64,000 bases of DNA. Source: the human T2T-CHM13v2.0 reference genome, Homo sapiens. Below the pieces are notes generated by a model, which saw only the letters and a list, made by a program, of their open reading frames with translations, did no database searches and was not told the DNA's origin. The position numbers and the translations under genes are program-made. Position 1 is the stretch's first letter. Every line of letters begins with the position of its first letter. This document shows positions 13,351 to 27,250 of the stretch, piece by piece. The DNA is taken from assembly GCF_009914755.1 (NCBI RefSeq), contig NC_060931.1; one strand, written 5' to 3'.

Positions 13351-13499
13351 CCTATCATTGCCTTTGTCTCCACAAAAGATGCTCTCCTTCCCAATTTAGA
13401 GATGTCCTATGGTTTTAAAAAAATTATACTGAGTTTTAGAGGACAAAAGGTCACAGATGTGAGGGGAGTAGGGATGGTCAACAAGCTTTAGTATGTACC

Positions 13500-13650
13500 A
13501 TGCTATAATTTCAAATTCTCTTGTTTTTATGTATTTCTTCCCAATTACACTATAAGCTTCATGATGGCAAGGGTTGTTTTAGTCACTTTTAGGTGCTTAT
13601 CACCTAGCATCTTTAGGTATCTCATGCATAATAGGTGCTCAACGAAATTT
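13500..13650 (+). mobile_element. L2 3' end
   Basis: CACTATAAGCTTCATGATGGCAAGG...ATAATAGGTGCTCAA. Confidence 0.6.
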
Positions 13651-13871
13651 CTAAACTGAAAATCAGAATATTTATAAAATCATAAAACACAAGATATAAG
13701 AGCATATTGAATACATATGTTTGATCCCTTGCTAAATAAATATCAAGGTTAGATGGTGGGACAATATAAATTACATGTTATGATCAATACCAGGAAGGAA
13801 GAGCAGTTTTAGTTAGTGACCTTTAGACACTGAGTTAGCACAGTAGAAATAATGATTTTAAGTCTAGTTTA

Positions 13872-14232
13872 CAGTTTAAGTTTTCTGTATCTGAAATGCT
13901 TAGGAACGGAAATGATTCAGATTTCAGACTTTTTTGGATTATGGAATATTTACATATACATAATGAGATATCTTGGGGATAAGACCCAAGTCTAAATATG
14001 AAATTTATTCTATGTTTCATGTACACCTTATACATGTAGCCTTAAGTTAATTGTACATAGTATCTTAAATAATTTTGTGTATGAAACCATTTTTGACTGC
14101 ATTTTGACTGCAATTCTTCACATGATGTTGAGTGTAGAGTTTTCTGCTTTTCATATCATGTCCATGCTCAAAATACTTTGAATTTTGGAACATTTATTTT
14201 GGATTTCAGGTTTTTGGATTATGCTCAACCTG
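13872..14232. mobile_element. Tigger4b-like (TcMar-Tigger) element
   Basis: GAGATATCTTGGGGATAAGACCCAAGTCTAAA core; ends CAG...ATGCTCAACCTG; TA on both sides. Confidence 0.8.
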
Positions 14233-14539
14233 TATTGGGAGTTACTCATCAGGCAAATTTGAAGTCAGAGCCAAGGGAAAAGAAAAACAATAAAGAGGAC
14301 AGCTAGGATATGTGCATGCTTAAGACACATTCTAGTGGACAATATTTTGGGGTGGCCACTTTTTGAAAGTATGAATCTCTACTCCCTGAGCACTTTACCT
14401 CGAACCATGTGTCTTTAGTCAAATGCTTTAATTGTTTCAGATATCTGAAATTACAGATATCTGAAATACTAAGATTTCAGATATAGAATACTAGAATACT
14501 AAAGATTACAAGATCTTTAATGTCTATATATATACACAC

Positions 14540-15370
14540 ACTCACTATGTGTCTCCAGCACTTCCTCCAAAGCTCCAAGCACTTCCTTCAGGCATTTTGA
14601 ACCACTTATATTTTGAATCATTTGAACTGGTATTTCTGTTCATGCTCCATGTTCTTTCTCACATCTTTGCCTCCTTTTTGCATTTGCTCTCCCCTCTGCC
14701 TGAAATACTATTCTCTCTTCTCTTCTATTCCTAAGGTGTCCATTTAGCTTTCCATTCCCCTAAAAACTTTCCATGACTTCAGAAACTGGGTTAGATGCTG
14801 TATTCATTTGTTTTCACACTGCTATAAAGATGCTACCCAAGATTAGGTAATTTATAAATAAAGGAGGTTTAAGTGAATCACAGTTCCGCATGGCTGGAGA
14901 GGCCACAGGAAACTTACAATTGTGGTAGAAGAGGAAGCAGGCACCTCTTACACGGCAACAAGTGAGAGAGAGAGAGAGAGCATGAAGAGGGAAGATCCCC
15001 TTATAAAACCAGATCTCATGAGAACTCACTCACTATCCAAGAACGGCATGGAGGAAACCACCCCCATAATCACCTCCCACCAGGTCCCTCCCTTGACACA
15101 TGGGGATTCTAGATCGAGATGAGATTTGGGTGGGGACACAGAGCTAAACCACATTAGATGACCCATTTATGTATGACCAGAGTATTTGATATTTCTTCAC
15201 ATGATAGCATGTATTAAACTACTGTGTGGTTGCTTATTTACTTTTCTGTATCCATCCTAATAGTAAATTGAAGGATAAGTACTCCATGTCTTAATTCTAG
15301 TTATCTCATCAATGCCTACACTCTTCCTTCACATAGTAGAAAATCAATAAATGTGTGTTGAATGATTACC
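14540..15370 (+). mobile_element. L2 3' region, split by THE1D
   Basis: Ends CACATAGTAGAAAATCAATAAATGTGTGTTGAATGA. Confidence 0.6.
14799..15156 (-). mobile_element. THE1D-like MaLR solo LTR
   Basis: TGTATT...CACACTGCTATAAAG...GAGATTTGGGTGGGGACACAGAGC; TSD GATGC/GATGA. Confidence 0.88.
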
Positions 15371-17623
15371 TATGCTCATTCATTTGTCCACCCAGTTTTG
15401 TTAGAAACCTGTCATTTCTGCCTGCTTCCTCTATCAAGTACAAGGCCATATGATGAGCTGGAAGAGCCCAGAATGTAATCTCCTTCTTTTCTCTACATCT
15501 GATTATTGGGGTAATTCTCATGCAAAACCAGACATCTTTGTTGTGGCCTTTTGCCTACTTTAATCAAGTCAAATTTGCTGATCCTACAAATTTCCTTTGA
15601 CATCACAAGTGCCAGATTTTTGACCCACCAAGGTCATGGATATCACTGGTTTCCTGGTCCTTGATTTTATGGTTGCTGGCTTGTCAGCTTGCTGCTAAGA
15701 ACTGAGAGTCCACATTATTTGGTTGCCACCTTAACCTGGGGTCTTCTGGACTCTTGATTTACAGCAATCTTAGGAACTGCATATTTAGTTTCATGGTCTC
15801 AGACTGAGGTCTCAGTCCAGTTTCCCATTGGTTCTAGTCCCTTGCCTGATTGACTTATGTGCTCCTGCAAAACTGGATCAAAAAACTGGTACTTACGTAT
15901 AACTTAAAAAATAATGAGGCTATTGAAGTTTGAGAATGACTTAAAATAAACATCAGTGTAAAAAGTGTTAATAAGATGTTTAATTATCTTCCATTACCTC
16001 TTAAAATGGAATAAGAATGAATTAATATTTTGTTTTTCTACATTAGAACTTATGGGTGATTTAAAAATAAGATATTTATTGTAAGATTGAGTGTTATAAA
16101 GGTAAGTATTACTATTTTGGCAGTATATATTTAATTCATAAGTTAGTATTTGTAGAGGATTGGGGTACCTGAAACATACACAGAAGCATGTGTTCTATGG
16201 TGCAGAGGATGCTGAGTGTTTGCTCATGGGACAAGTGGGAATTAAATATCTCATGTTTAGCCTCTGATGTTTTGTATTCAAGTTTGTGAGCCCAAGTTGA
16301 ATTTCAGTAAAGACCTATAACCTGGCAGAGCCACAGCAACAAGTATCTGGAGCCAACCATAATCATGGTAAACAAGAAGATATCATTCAAGATCAGGACA
16401 GGTAACTAAGGCAAGGGCCTCACAACAAGTTTTGCAGGTTAAAAAGAAATGTAAATGCCCACTGAGGAAATTCCGTTGGCAGAGGAATGGGACAGGGTGG
16501 AGTTTGTGCATTAATGAGGGGCTCTGTGGGGGGAAGTTTAAGATGACCGAACAGATAATTATATACAAGACTGGAGAGAGACACACACATTTGGTATTTC
16601 ATGACAATGCCATTAAGAAATAAATTGACATGTTTGTGTAGAACCTTCTGCCTTAGGATTGCAATTGCCTGTAGTAATATTGCAAAACTTGTTTCCTTGT
16701 TCCAGTGAAAACAAATATGAAAAAAATGGGGTTTTTGCATGTTTGTTTTCCTGAGAAAATACTACTGCCATCTTTATATTTTTATATACGTTATCCTCTC
16801 ATCTTAGGAGACATGGACCCCTTGAAGGAGTGGCCTGGGATGTCTTCCACTTATGTTTTATTTATATATCTGTTTTGTCATGGAGAACTTTAGGGCCATA
16901 TAAAAAAAACAAGATGGTACATACTGAAGATGCATGGACAATTAGAAATTGCAAAGTTGTAATATTTGGGAACTTTCAATAACGATATTGCTTTGGAAAA
17001 ATTACATCATGATACTCTGGAAAACATATTAAACCACATAAAAATGACATAGGTTTAATATGCTGCATTAATCATCACAGTAGAAGAGTTCACCTAAAAT
17101 CTGTTATTGAAAAGTTGGTGATAAGTAGACATTAACTCCCTAGTGTTCATGTAAGTATGAATTGACCACTCACAAATTGTATTTTAGATGTAATATTTTT
17201 CATAACATATATTTTATTTGAAACAAAATATAAGGCACAGGATGTAGGTGTACAGTGTAGGATTTCATAAGAAGGGAACAATTTCAGAAAGCTTTAAACC
17301 CTACTTTTCCTTACAATTTCAGATGTGCTTTTAGTGCCTTCATTAAAGACTTTTGTAAACATATAAATTTGTACTTGTAGTATTTTTTTTACTGTCATTT
17401 ACTTTTCTACTATAATCATATAGTAATGACAGTTTACATTTGATAGTTCTCAAAAGTCCTGAATTAAACTCAGAATGCCATTATAATATTCAATGCTTCC
17501 CCAACTCCCAATGTATGCAAGAGAAGAAATAAGCTTAATAAAACATTTTCCTTTAAATATCCACCTCTGTATATTCTACCTCTTTGCTAATTTCCCAAAT
17601 CTCAACACACAATGCATGCATAG

Positions 17624-17649
17624 ATGAATGAATGAATGAATGAATGAAT
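17624..17649. repeat. (GAAT)n
   Basis: Read directly. Confidence 0.85.
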
Positions 17650-17834
17650 AAAATTAGGGCCCCTTAAGTGGATCACCTCTTTGTCTTGTGTTCCTTTGGG
17701 AAATACTCTGGACTTCTGAGGACCAATCATTCCTCATAACAGATACATGAACAATTTCTCTCTCTCTAGTACACACATGTATACATAGCCTACTGCCGTC
17801 TGTTTCTTCCCCCCACAATTCTTTATTACGAGGT

Positions 17835-18131
<297 letters not shown>

Positions 18132-18559
18132 ATTCAGAGGTTTTTATGTATGTTTTTATCATTGTATTTAAGGTCATTTTGATCAGTGGGCCAGATAAAT
18201 TTTCCTTTTGAATTCTTCAAGATCTCTATTTTCAAATGCATTTAATAAATTAGTAGAGCACTTATAACTACTTTTCATAGATACGTATATAGATAAGTAT
18301 GTATATAAACACATATTTAAACATTTATACACACATGAGTATAGATATAGCCATGCTTATTTGCATTGCTGTTTATAGGTTTAGAAAAAAATTACAAAAG
18401 GGCACAAAGATAGAGACTTCAAAAATAGTAATTATATTTGATATCAGTTAAGCTTATGATGAACAAATACAAACTGAGACAAGATTTTTGCAGCTGTAAT
18501 CAGCAAATTATTGACAACATAAAGCTTTTTTTCAGAGTTAATATATGTATTTCTAGTCA

Positions 18560-19110
18560 CTGAGAGAATTGAGGCTCTTTCAGGGAAGGAACATATAGAA
18601 ATTAAAGCATGATCTGTAAACACTATAATCCAGAAACAATTGAATATGTAATAATTGAAGAGTAAATACAGTCTATGTAATGAGCATATAACTTGATGCA
18701 ATGACAAAACCTTCTGTTCAAATATTAAACTCTTTATAATCTATGATACAAAATAAGTGATTTATCACATTGCTATTTATCCTGGCAGAACAAAAGTTGT
18801 ACAAGAATTGAGAGAGCTAATGGAAAAATAATAATAATAAAGAAGGGCAAAAATGATACAAATAGTGTGTTGGATGAGATATAGGGTCATAGACATTTGT
18901 ATAGTCAAGAGAGGAGAAGGTTGAGAGGGATTTGATCACAGTCTATAAATACCTTACAAGTATCTGTATAAATGAAAGACTGTGATTATTCAAAGTATCA
19001 GAAGAGAGAAGGACAAGAAGCACTGGTCTGAAACTAAAGAAGAAAATATTTCAGCCTTATATTCTATTAAGAAATACTTTGCCAACACTAAGAGGATTTG
19101 GCATTAGAAA
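18560..19110 (+). mobile_element. CR1/L3-clade LINE fossil (ORF2 C-terminal region)
   Basis: Translates to LYSQERRRLRG (18897-18929), LITVYKYL (18932-18955) and RTRSTGLKL (19010-19036), matching CR1 ORF2 motifs; 5' boundary uncertain. Confidence 0.75.
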
Positions 19111-19593
19111 TAAAAATCAAGGACAATATATAAAGTTTAGAAAAGGGCATAAATGATGTTCCTATGAGCACAGAGAATAAATCAGAGATGATGAAAAAAT
19201 GAATGGAAAACAAGGAGGCTCACAGAATTAGAATATACACTGGTTCAGGATGTGTGAAACAATGGTAACTGCTGTCCTTTCTGATATGTGTTCTTCTCCA
19301 GTAATTCTCTTCCTACACAATTACACCAAAACTCAGAAGCCAGTCAAAATAAACGGAAAATTTTAGACTGTACTATGCCTAACTAGTCTACTGTAGTTTG
19401 ACACCCAATAATTTCCCATTTTGGCTATGCCAATTGCATTTGATAAAGTGCAATGTAAGTGCAGATGGCTGGAGTTTGTGACAATTGATCTACATACATT
19501 TATTTCTTGGCTCATACGGAGAGACCCACACACACAGCATACACTTCATAATTGCTTTAATTATGCAGGTTCAGACTGTGTTAAAAATTATGC

Positions 19594-19594
<1 letters not shown>

Positions 19595-19624
<30 letters not shown>
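19595..19624. repeat. (TAA)n
   Basis: About nine TAA units. Confidence 0.9.
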
Positions 19625-19626
<2 letters not shown>

Positions 19627-20088
19627 CCGATCACTGAAAAAATCTCTTTCTTTCCATAAGCAATACTTCTCCTGAGAAAAAAATACCCAAGAATGAATTA
19701 TATATTTTATTTTCTGAGAAAATAACTGTAAGAAATAACTGCTAATTCTCTAATTAAATAATGAAACATTTATTGTTGCTTTCAGACGGTAGTATTGTTC
19801 AAACTTTAAATTTTGCTTGCTTCCTCTATTCTCTTCTCTTTTGAGTGGACTTTCTATGGCCTTATCAAAAGCTCTGGGTTTTTTTCGTTTAAAAGAGTTA
19901 CTTTAAGGAATCAAAAGAGGCTTGCTGTTCCCTAGGCATAGGATGTAGTCAAAGGTGAATAAAGGGATTATTGCAACCACGGGAGTGCAATAATAAAAGG
20001 AATTTGCTATAGACTCAATTCATTAATTCAGTCTAAAACAAATACAAAAGAGGAAATAAAAGGTTTAAAATTTTCTCATCACCTTCTA

Positions 20089-20445
<357 letters not shown>

Positions 20446-21289
20446 TCACTCCCTTAGTTTCCTGTACACATGAAAAAGTGGAGATTTCTCAAATATAATG
20501 ACTAGTCAGCTAGGAGTATTGATAGGATAAGGAATTGCTAGGATGCTACCACTTATGCTGTTGACAAGATTGACCATGCCTTAGGCTGGGTAGAAAGAAT
20601 AAGTGAAATCCTCTGTCTTTAGGGGACAGAGAATGTTCAGAAAGAACATGTGAAAAGGAAAAGGCAGATTCAAAAGGAATTCAAAATTGGAGAAGGTGGA
20701 AATCACAGAGATAATAGCTAGAAATAAAAATGCAGAAATGTAAAGTTGCAGACTTCTATAATCTGAAATCAGAAAGGAATAGCCATTGGGTTACTAATAT
20801 GGAATAAAGATGCAGGTGATTGTCGGCAAGAAGTCAAAAGTTCCTAATTCGTGACATAAAGTATTTTAATAAATGATACATTAGAGTTAGATGTTCTTTA
20901 AATGCTTTGGAAATTATGTAAAAATATAAGAAATATCTTAATACTTTAGGCATTCAAGTGAAGTGAGTCATTCTATTTCAATTTTAATTTTATATTGAGA
21001 GCATTAAAGTTCACCAAATTAAATATAATTCATTCTTTTGTTAGATATTCTTTTGTGCTACATGATTAGATCAACTAGAACAGCAATTGATTATTGAATT
21101 TCACTGTCTTAGGCTCAATAGCAAAACGTAACAAATGTTTAAAAATGGATAAAAGGGAGAATCCAAAAAATGATGCAGTGTTTGTAATCTTACTATATTA
21201 GCTCTTTGCTTTCTCTTTCTTGCTCCTCTTAAAAAAGGTACAGCTATTGCTCTGATGACTGATAAAATAGCACGATTTCAAATTCTATC

Positions 21290-21374
21290 CTTTTCTCTCC
21301 CTTCCTCCGCCTTCCTCTTGTCTCCTCTCCTCTTCTCTCTTCTCTCCCTGACTCTCTTTCTCTCTCTCTCTCTT
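21290..21374. repeat. CT-rich low-complexity tract
   Basis: Near-pure pyrimidine run ending in (CT)n. Confidence 0.85.
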
Positions 21375-23171
21375 ACATTTCTCTTAATCATGTAATTTGA
21401 AATGTTACTTATTAAGCTTAAATCAATTATGTGCCTCCTACTTAAGACTGGCCTGTAATATTATTTCTTAAATCACATATTTTAGAAGACTTCAGCACCT
21501 AACTAATGGAATTTTTGAAAAACCTATCAAAGTGTTTCAGAACATAAGAAATATATCAGTTGGACAGAAACAGTTCTTCATTATGCTTTACACACAATTT
21601 TGCTCAACTGCTTATTTTAATTAGAGCAGAACTCTAGCTTCTGCTCATTGGTTTAGCATGAGCAATAAAATGAAGTTTATTTAATTTTCTAAAATAAGTA
21701 AAGCAGAGTAAAGTTAATTAAAAGTTAATTACAGAATAATGAATCATCTACTCTTGCTGTGCTAGTGTTGCCCAGATGATTAGATGCTGTTTTCTCTGAA
21801 TACACTTCCATTCCCACAAGCTGGGCATTCCCTTCTTTCAGTATTTTCACCTGTGTATTTTATTTGAAAAGTTTAGGTTGTCCTTTCCTGAAGATGTCTT
21901 TAGGAAATACACACAGACATAGGAGACACACACACACACACACCCCTTCCTAGTTTCTCTCCTTTTATATGCATTCCTCGGGCATAATTTTCATTTAGAC
22001 TTCTGATTACCTTTTAAATTTGACAGAATATACCTACAAAATTCGTTAGTAATTGTTTCATTTCCCAGTATGGCATGTGTAGTTAACCTTGAAAGACAGA
22101 TTGGCGTTAACTGTAGTGAACCCAACCTTTCCCAGTATCACAAAGGTCATGGATCTGTTCTCCCTGGTCCTGTGTCTTCAAATAGAGGATATTGTACATA
22201 TTGGAATTAGAATGTTTTTACTGCTCATTAATTCATCATTAAAATGATGTTAACTAAGCATTCTCTATGAGTCTGGTGCACAGATTTTCTGGCATGAACT
22301 GCCTCAGCTTGGCTCCTAGCCACTTATGACTTGCTGAAAACAATGGTATTTATGTTTGTTGTACACTTAAATCTTTTTGTAAAACTTTGTTGTATTAGGC
22401 TCTACAAAACTTTCATTTGGAATGTAGTATGGCTTATACCAAGACTGTCTTATTTTTTATAAATGAATAGATATGTGGAAATACTTGAATTTCAATTTAG
22501 CAGCAGGCTTCATATAACATAAGGAATAATGCGTAATACATATTATGTTCTTACCTTAATTATGCATCTTGAATTGTAGCATGATATATACTAACAGATT
22601 ATGACAAATATTGTTACTTAAAAGAAGGGAAAAAATGAATTCCTGCAACTCAGGGTATTTAAATTTTTATCGAACATTCACTTTAGCTTTTTTTAGTCAT
22701 TGATTTTGTGTCCAGTCTATTTAAGAAGCTACAGACTGTTAGTTTTATAAAATTATATGAGATTCAGGGGCACAAATATCATAAAGTTGAGTTCCTGAAC
22801 TCTTCCCTAAAAGTTTATTCTACTCTTTTAGCAGTTTCGAAATATAATTTCTATATCCATAATTTTCAACCTTCAATATACAGAGACATTTATTTCCCAG
22901 CCCCTTCTTAATCAGATGTTAAATAGCAAAGAAATAGATGTGAAAGATCTGACAAAAAAAAGTTTTAAGATAATCCTTTAAACGAGTACTATGAAAAGTT
23001 GGAAGAGAGGGTGCAACGTTGTTTTCAAAATTTCTTACTCACTGTTGTGTTGTGCCTTTATCTTCACTAGTCTAACACATTCCCTGATTATTTTTTCAAG
23101 ATTTATTTCTACAGCCTTTATATTTTAGTTACATGTGCAGTGTTTTTTTTTCTTTAATTATTATATTCTAG

Positions 23172-23760
<589 letters not shown>

Positions 23761-25299
23761 CTGTTCTTTTCATTTGCTTATGAAAAACTATGCCAGATTG
23801 AGAGAGTGCCATTAGTAAGGGGGCCTGCTCAGTGTTTTTTTCCTTTGGTGTTGTAGTTTTTTTATGGCAATGTTTTTAGATCCATTTGTTTCAGATATCT
23901 GACTTTAGTAATAACTTTTTGGTAGAGAGAAATAAAATAATTCAACTCATGCCATAAAATGAATTATGAGTAGTTCACTGTAACTGAGCAGAAATAGTGT
24001 GCATAGAATAATAGAAATTTCCTTTTGTAATATTTAGTTAAAATGAATGTTAAAATGTACTGAGTTTTTATAAACAGCTTCATATTGTCTTCATTGCTGC
24101 AATAGTGCTAGGTTTTGAAGTATTCCTTCCTCCATAGAGAGAAATTTGTGGATTAAAAACTCTAATCTTAACAATTACAAAACATTCTTATTGTGTTATT
24201 GAGCAAATAACACAAGAGAAAAATGTTTATGAATTATAAAGATGATACATAAGAATCTATTGTTTTTATGTTATTACATTATTATAACCAGTTTATACAT
24301 ATAGAGTTCAAATTTTATTATTTGCATGTGATTACTCCAGCTAATGAGTAAGCAAACACCCAGTTGATATGTCAAGATCATCCTGTTAATTTATGTATTT
24401 AACACAAAATACGGCTGGCAAGTAGTAACACTGAAAAAAATTCAATTTCTCTGAATTTGGACCATAGGAATCACCCATTTGAACAATAATACAGCACATA
24501 AATATGTTTATATAAATTTTTTATACAGTTAATCAGTTATTTTATGTATCATTGAGTATTTACTGATTTCAAGGTTTAATCATTCTCTTAAAAGTGTAAA
24601 AATGGAAGCACGATGTGTGGGAACTGTAAGTGACCACAGAGGAGGTAATCATGCTTACATAAATAATGAACCAAAATATGTGTGTGTTAAATATGTTGAG
24701 ATTATATTAGTATAATTAAAATATACTTGAACAACTAGTTTTTAGTAATTATTAGCCATATAGAGTGGGAAAAGCAAGTAAATAAGTGACTAAATTCTAA
24801 TCCAATTATTACAGTAGAGTGGAAAGTGTTTCCTTCATTAATATGTAACTTAAAGGAATAATGGGAGACCAATGGACATAATATGTTTGTTAACATATTT
24901 CTCTGCTTCACAGCAACTTTCTGCTCGATATACTATAAGAAAACAAAAATTATGCAAAATTAGTCTCAAATGTCTTTAACTGTGCCAGCTAAATTAATCT
25001 CTGAAGGAAAATATAAATTCATAAACCATTGCTGATCTGCAAATTTTGCTTAGGGACTCATGCAACACAGTTACATGCTGAACAGATTGGCAATACAGTC
25101 CTTCTTCAACATGGTCTTTGAGAAAGAGAAAACTTTTGCTGGATTTTACCCAATATTGGCATTCCTGCTTCTAAAATCCAAATAAGAATCTGTGCTGCCT
25201 TTTTCGGATTCAAGGTTTTGTTGAAGATAACAGGGGCATGGCATTAGTGCCTCTCAAAGGGAAACGATATAATTATATCATTATAAGAACCATTGCTGC

Positions 25300-25775
25300 A
25301 GGTTGCTGTACTACCCACTCTCCACTTCATTTAATCTAACTCACCTCCCTCCTGTCTCTGCTTTCCCCACTATCCTTCAAGCATGCCAGCCACACTCCTG
25401 CCTCATGGCCTTCATGGCTTTTCCCTTTTGATGGAACACTCACTTCCTGGATATTTGTATGCCCCTTACTTCACCTCCTTCTGATGCTTGCTCAAATGTC
25501 AGCCTCTCTGTGAGGCCTTCCCCAGCTGCCCTGCTTTAAAATTGCAATCCCTGTCTAACTCTTCCTGTGGCCCTTCCCTGCTTAAGTTTCTCCCTAGTGT
25601 TTATCACTACCTCACATACTATATGATTTACTTAATTATCCCCAACCACTAGAATGTAAGCTCCTTGCCGACAGGGGTTTATATCTCATTTACTGTCACA
25701 TTTTCCAGACCTTGACTAATGCCTGGTCCCTACTGGCACTCAGTAAATATTTCTTGAATGAATAAAAATGAATCA
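25300..25775 (+). mobile_element. L2a 3' region
   Basis: CTCAAATGTCAGCCTCTCTGTGAGGCCTTCCC...CACTAGAATGTAAGCTCC...CTCAGTAAATATTTCTTGAATGAAT. Confidence 0.85.
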
Positions 25776-27004
25776 TTAAAGTATCTCATTGAAGGAAAAA
25801 GAAGAAATTCTCTCTCCCCAAAGAACAGCATGAATGTACAACTCTTTATATTTATGCCTAAATAATACAGCTTGAAGCAAGCTAAATCAAACTCCTAGGC
25901 CATTTCTGAGTCTATCATTGAATAAGTCAGATATGTTTTTTCTCTATTTGCAGACTATATCATTTCCTCGGCTCCAGGTCCATTTTCCTACACATCAAAC
26001 ACTAGACTCGTGCCAACTAGTAATAGGACAAGGAAAAAGAACACAAGCAGGCAATATAATCCTTCCCCTTTATAAAATTAAAACAGTAATCTGTGTTTAC
26101 CTGGCTGGCCACACCTCATATTCCTCCTTCTATTCCCACACACCTTGAACATCATGAGATATAAAAAGCAGAACAATTTTGAGCTTAATAGTAATTAAAA
26201 TGATTAAGTACCTCAAGTATATCCTACAATAATCCTTCAAGGTTTCTGTTGACAGATACATGCTTAAGGTAATTAAAGTGATAAACAGCCTTCTGTTGCC
26301 AAAAAACAAAACTTAGGGAAATAAATTCTTAAACATTTTATTTTTTATTCAAGTAAGAAATTATTGATTAGCTTTAGTTAATCCCACAAAGAAAATGATC
26401 AAATGTTTAAAATAATAGAGTTTACTAGTTCCACAAACAACTGTTCTCACTGGCAAACTAGCAAATGAGATGTGTTGGAGATCTTAGACCTATTCCATGC
26501 AACAGATAGACAGGTGTCCACATCACAGGAAAAGTAACTGCTCCTGAAATGTTTTGAAAGGCCCAGCAGATATCAAAAGATAGACTGACTTTGAGATTAA
26601 ATTAGCCATTGGAATAAAAAATAGAGTGAACCATATTACATGAAAGTATATTACCTTCTTTTTGCAAATAACAGATCAAAAATTACTAGATCAGAAGAAA
26701 GTAGACCTATATTTTTAAAAAAGAAGATAAGTGATATATATTTCAATTTCTGAAATGGAATCCATTCAAATTACAAATAAATTTAATTATTTTACCTTGT
26801 ATTTTGTGTAGCAATCAAAATGCAGAACAACACCAAATATTAAAAGTTGTAGCACATAATCTAAATCTTATCAAACTCTAATTAAGTCTATGCCTTCATA
26901 ATGCTTTCACTATGCCAAAACAGTGAATTTCAAAATTAATCCTGTGGAAGCAAATGAATCAAACTGGTTGCCATTTTCAAGACAGAAATATCTGTCTTTT
27001 GAAA

Positions 27005-27250
27005 GGCAATATAGCGTCTTGGTTAAGAATATGGTCATTGGAACCCTTTTTCTTAGATTTAAATTCTACTCTGCTAAATAAGGGCTCTGTGACCTTGGGA
27101 GAGTTATTTAACCTCTCTGTTTCTCAGTACACTCTCTCAAATGAGGATAAAAATAGTACAAATTCATAGAGCTGTTTAAGGATTAAATGAAATAATGCAA
27201 GGAAAGCTTGTTAACATCTCTGGCAAATAGTAACCATTAAATAATTAAAT
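27005..27250 (+). mobile_element. MIR, near full length
   Basis: TGTGACCTTGGGAGAGTTATTTAACCTCTCTGTTTCTCAGT core. Confidence 0.85.

Larger units (their letters stand above)
11308..13481. repeat. Long inverted repeat: arms 11308-11940 and 12866-13481, 925-bp spacer
   Basis: Manual reverse-complement alignment; 11375-11420 pairs perfectly with 13361-13406 and 11428-11454 with 13324-13350; about 80-85% identity elsewhere. Confidence 0.93.

Noticed and set aside
20520-20857. Possible old LTR ending AATAAA...GTGACA
   Set aside because: I cannot match it to a family or find a TSD.
21492-21500. TTCAGCACC, REST left half-site
   Set aside because: The right half GGACAG is absent.
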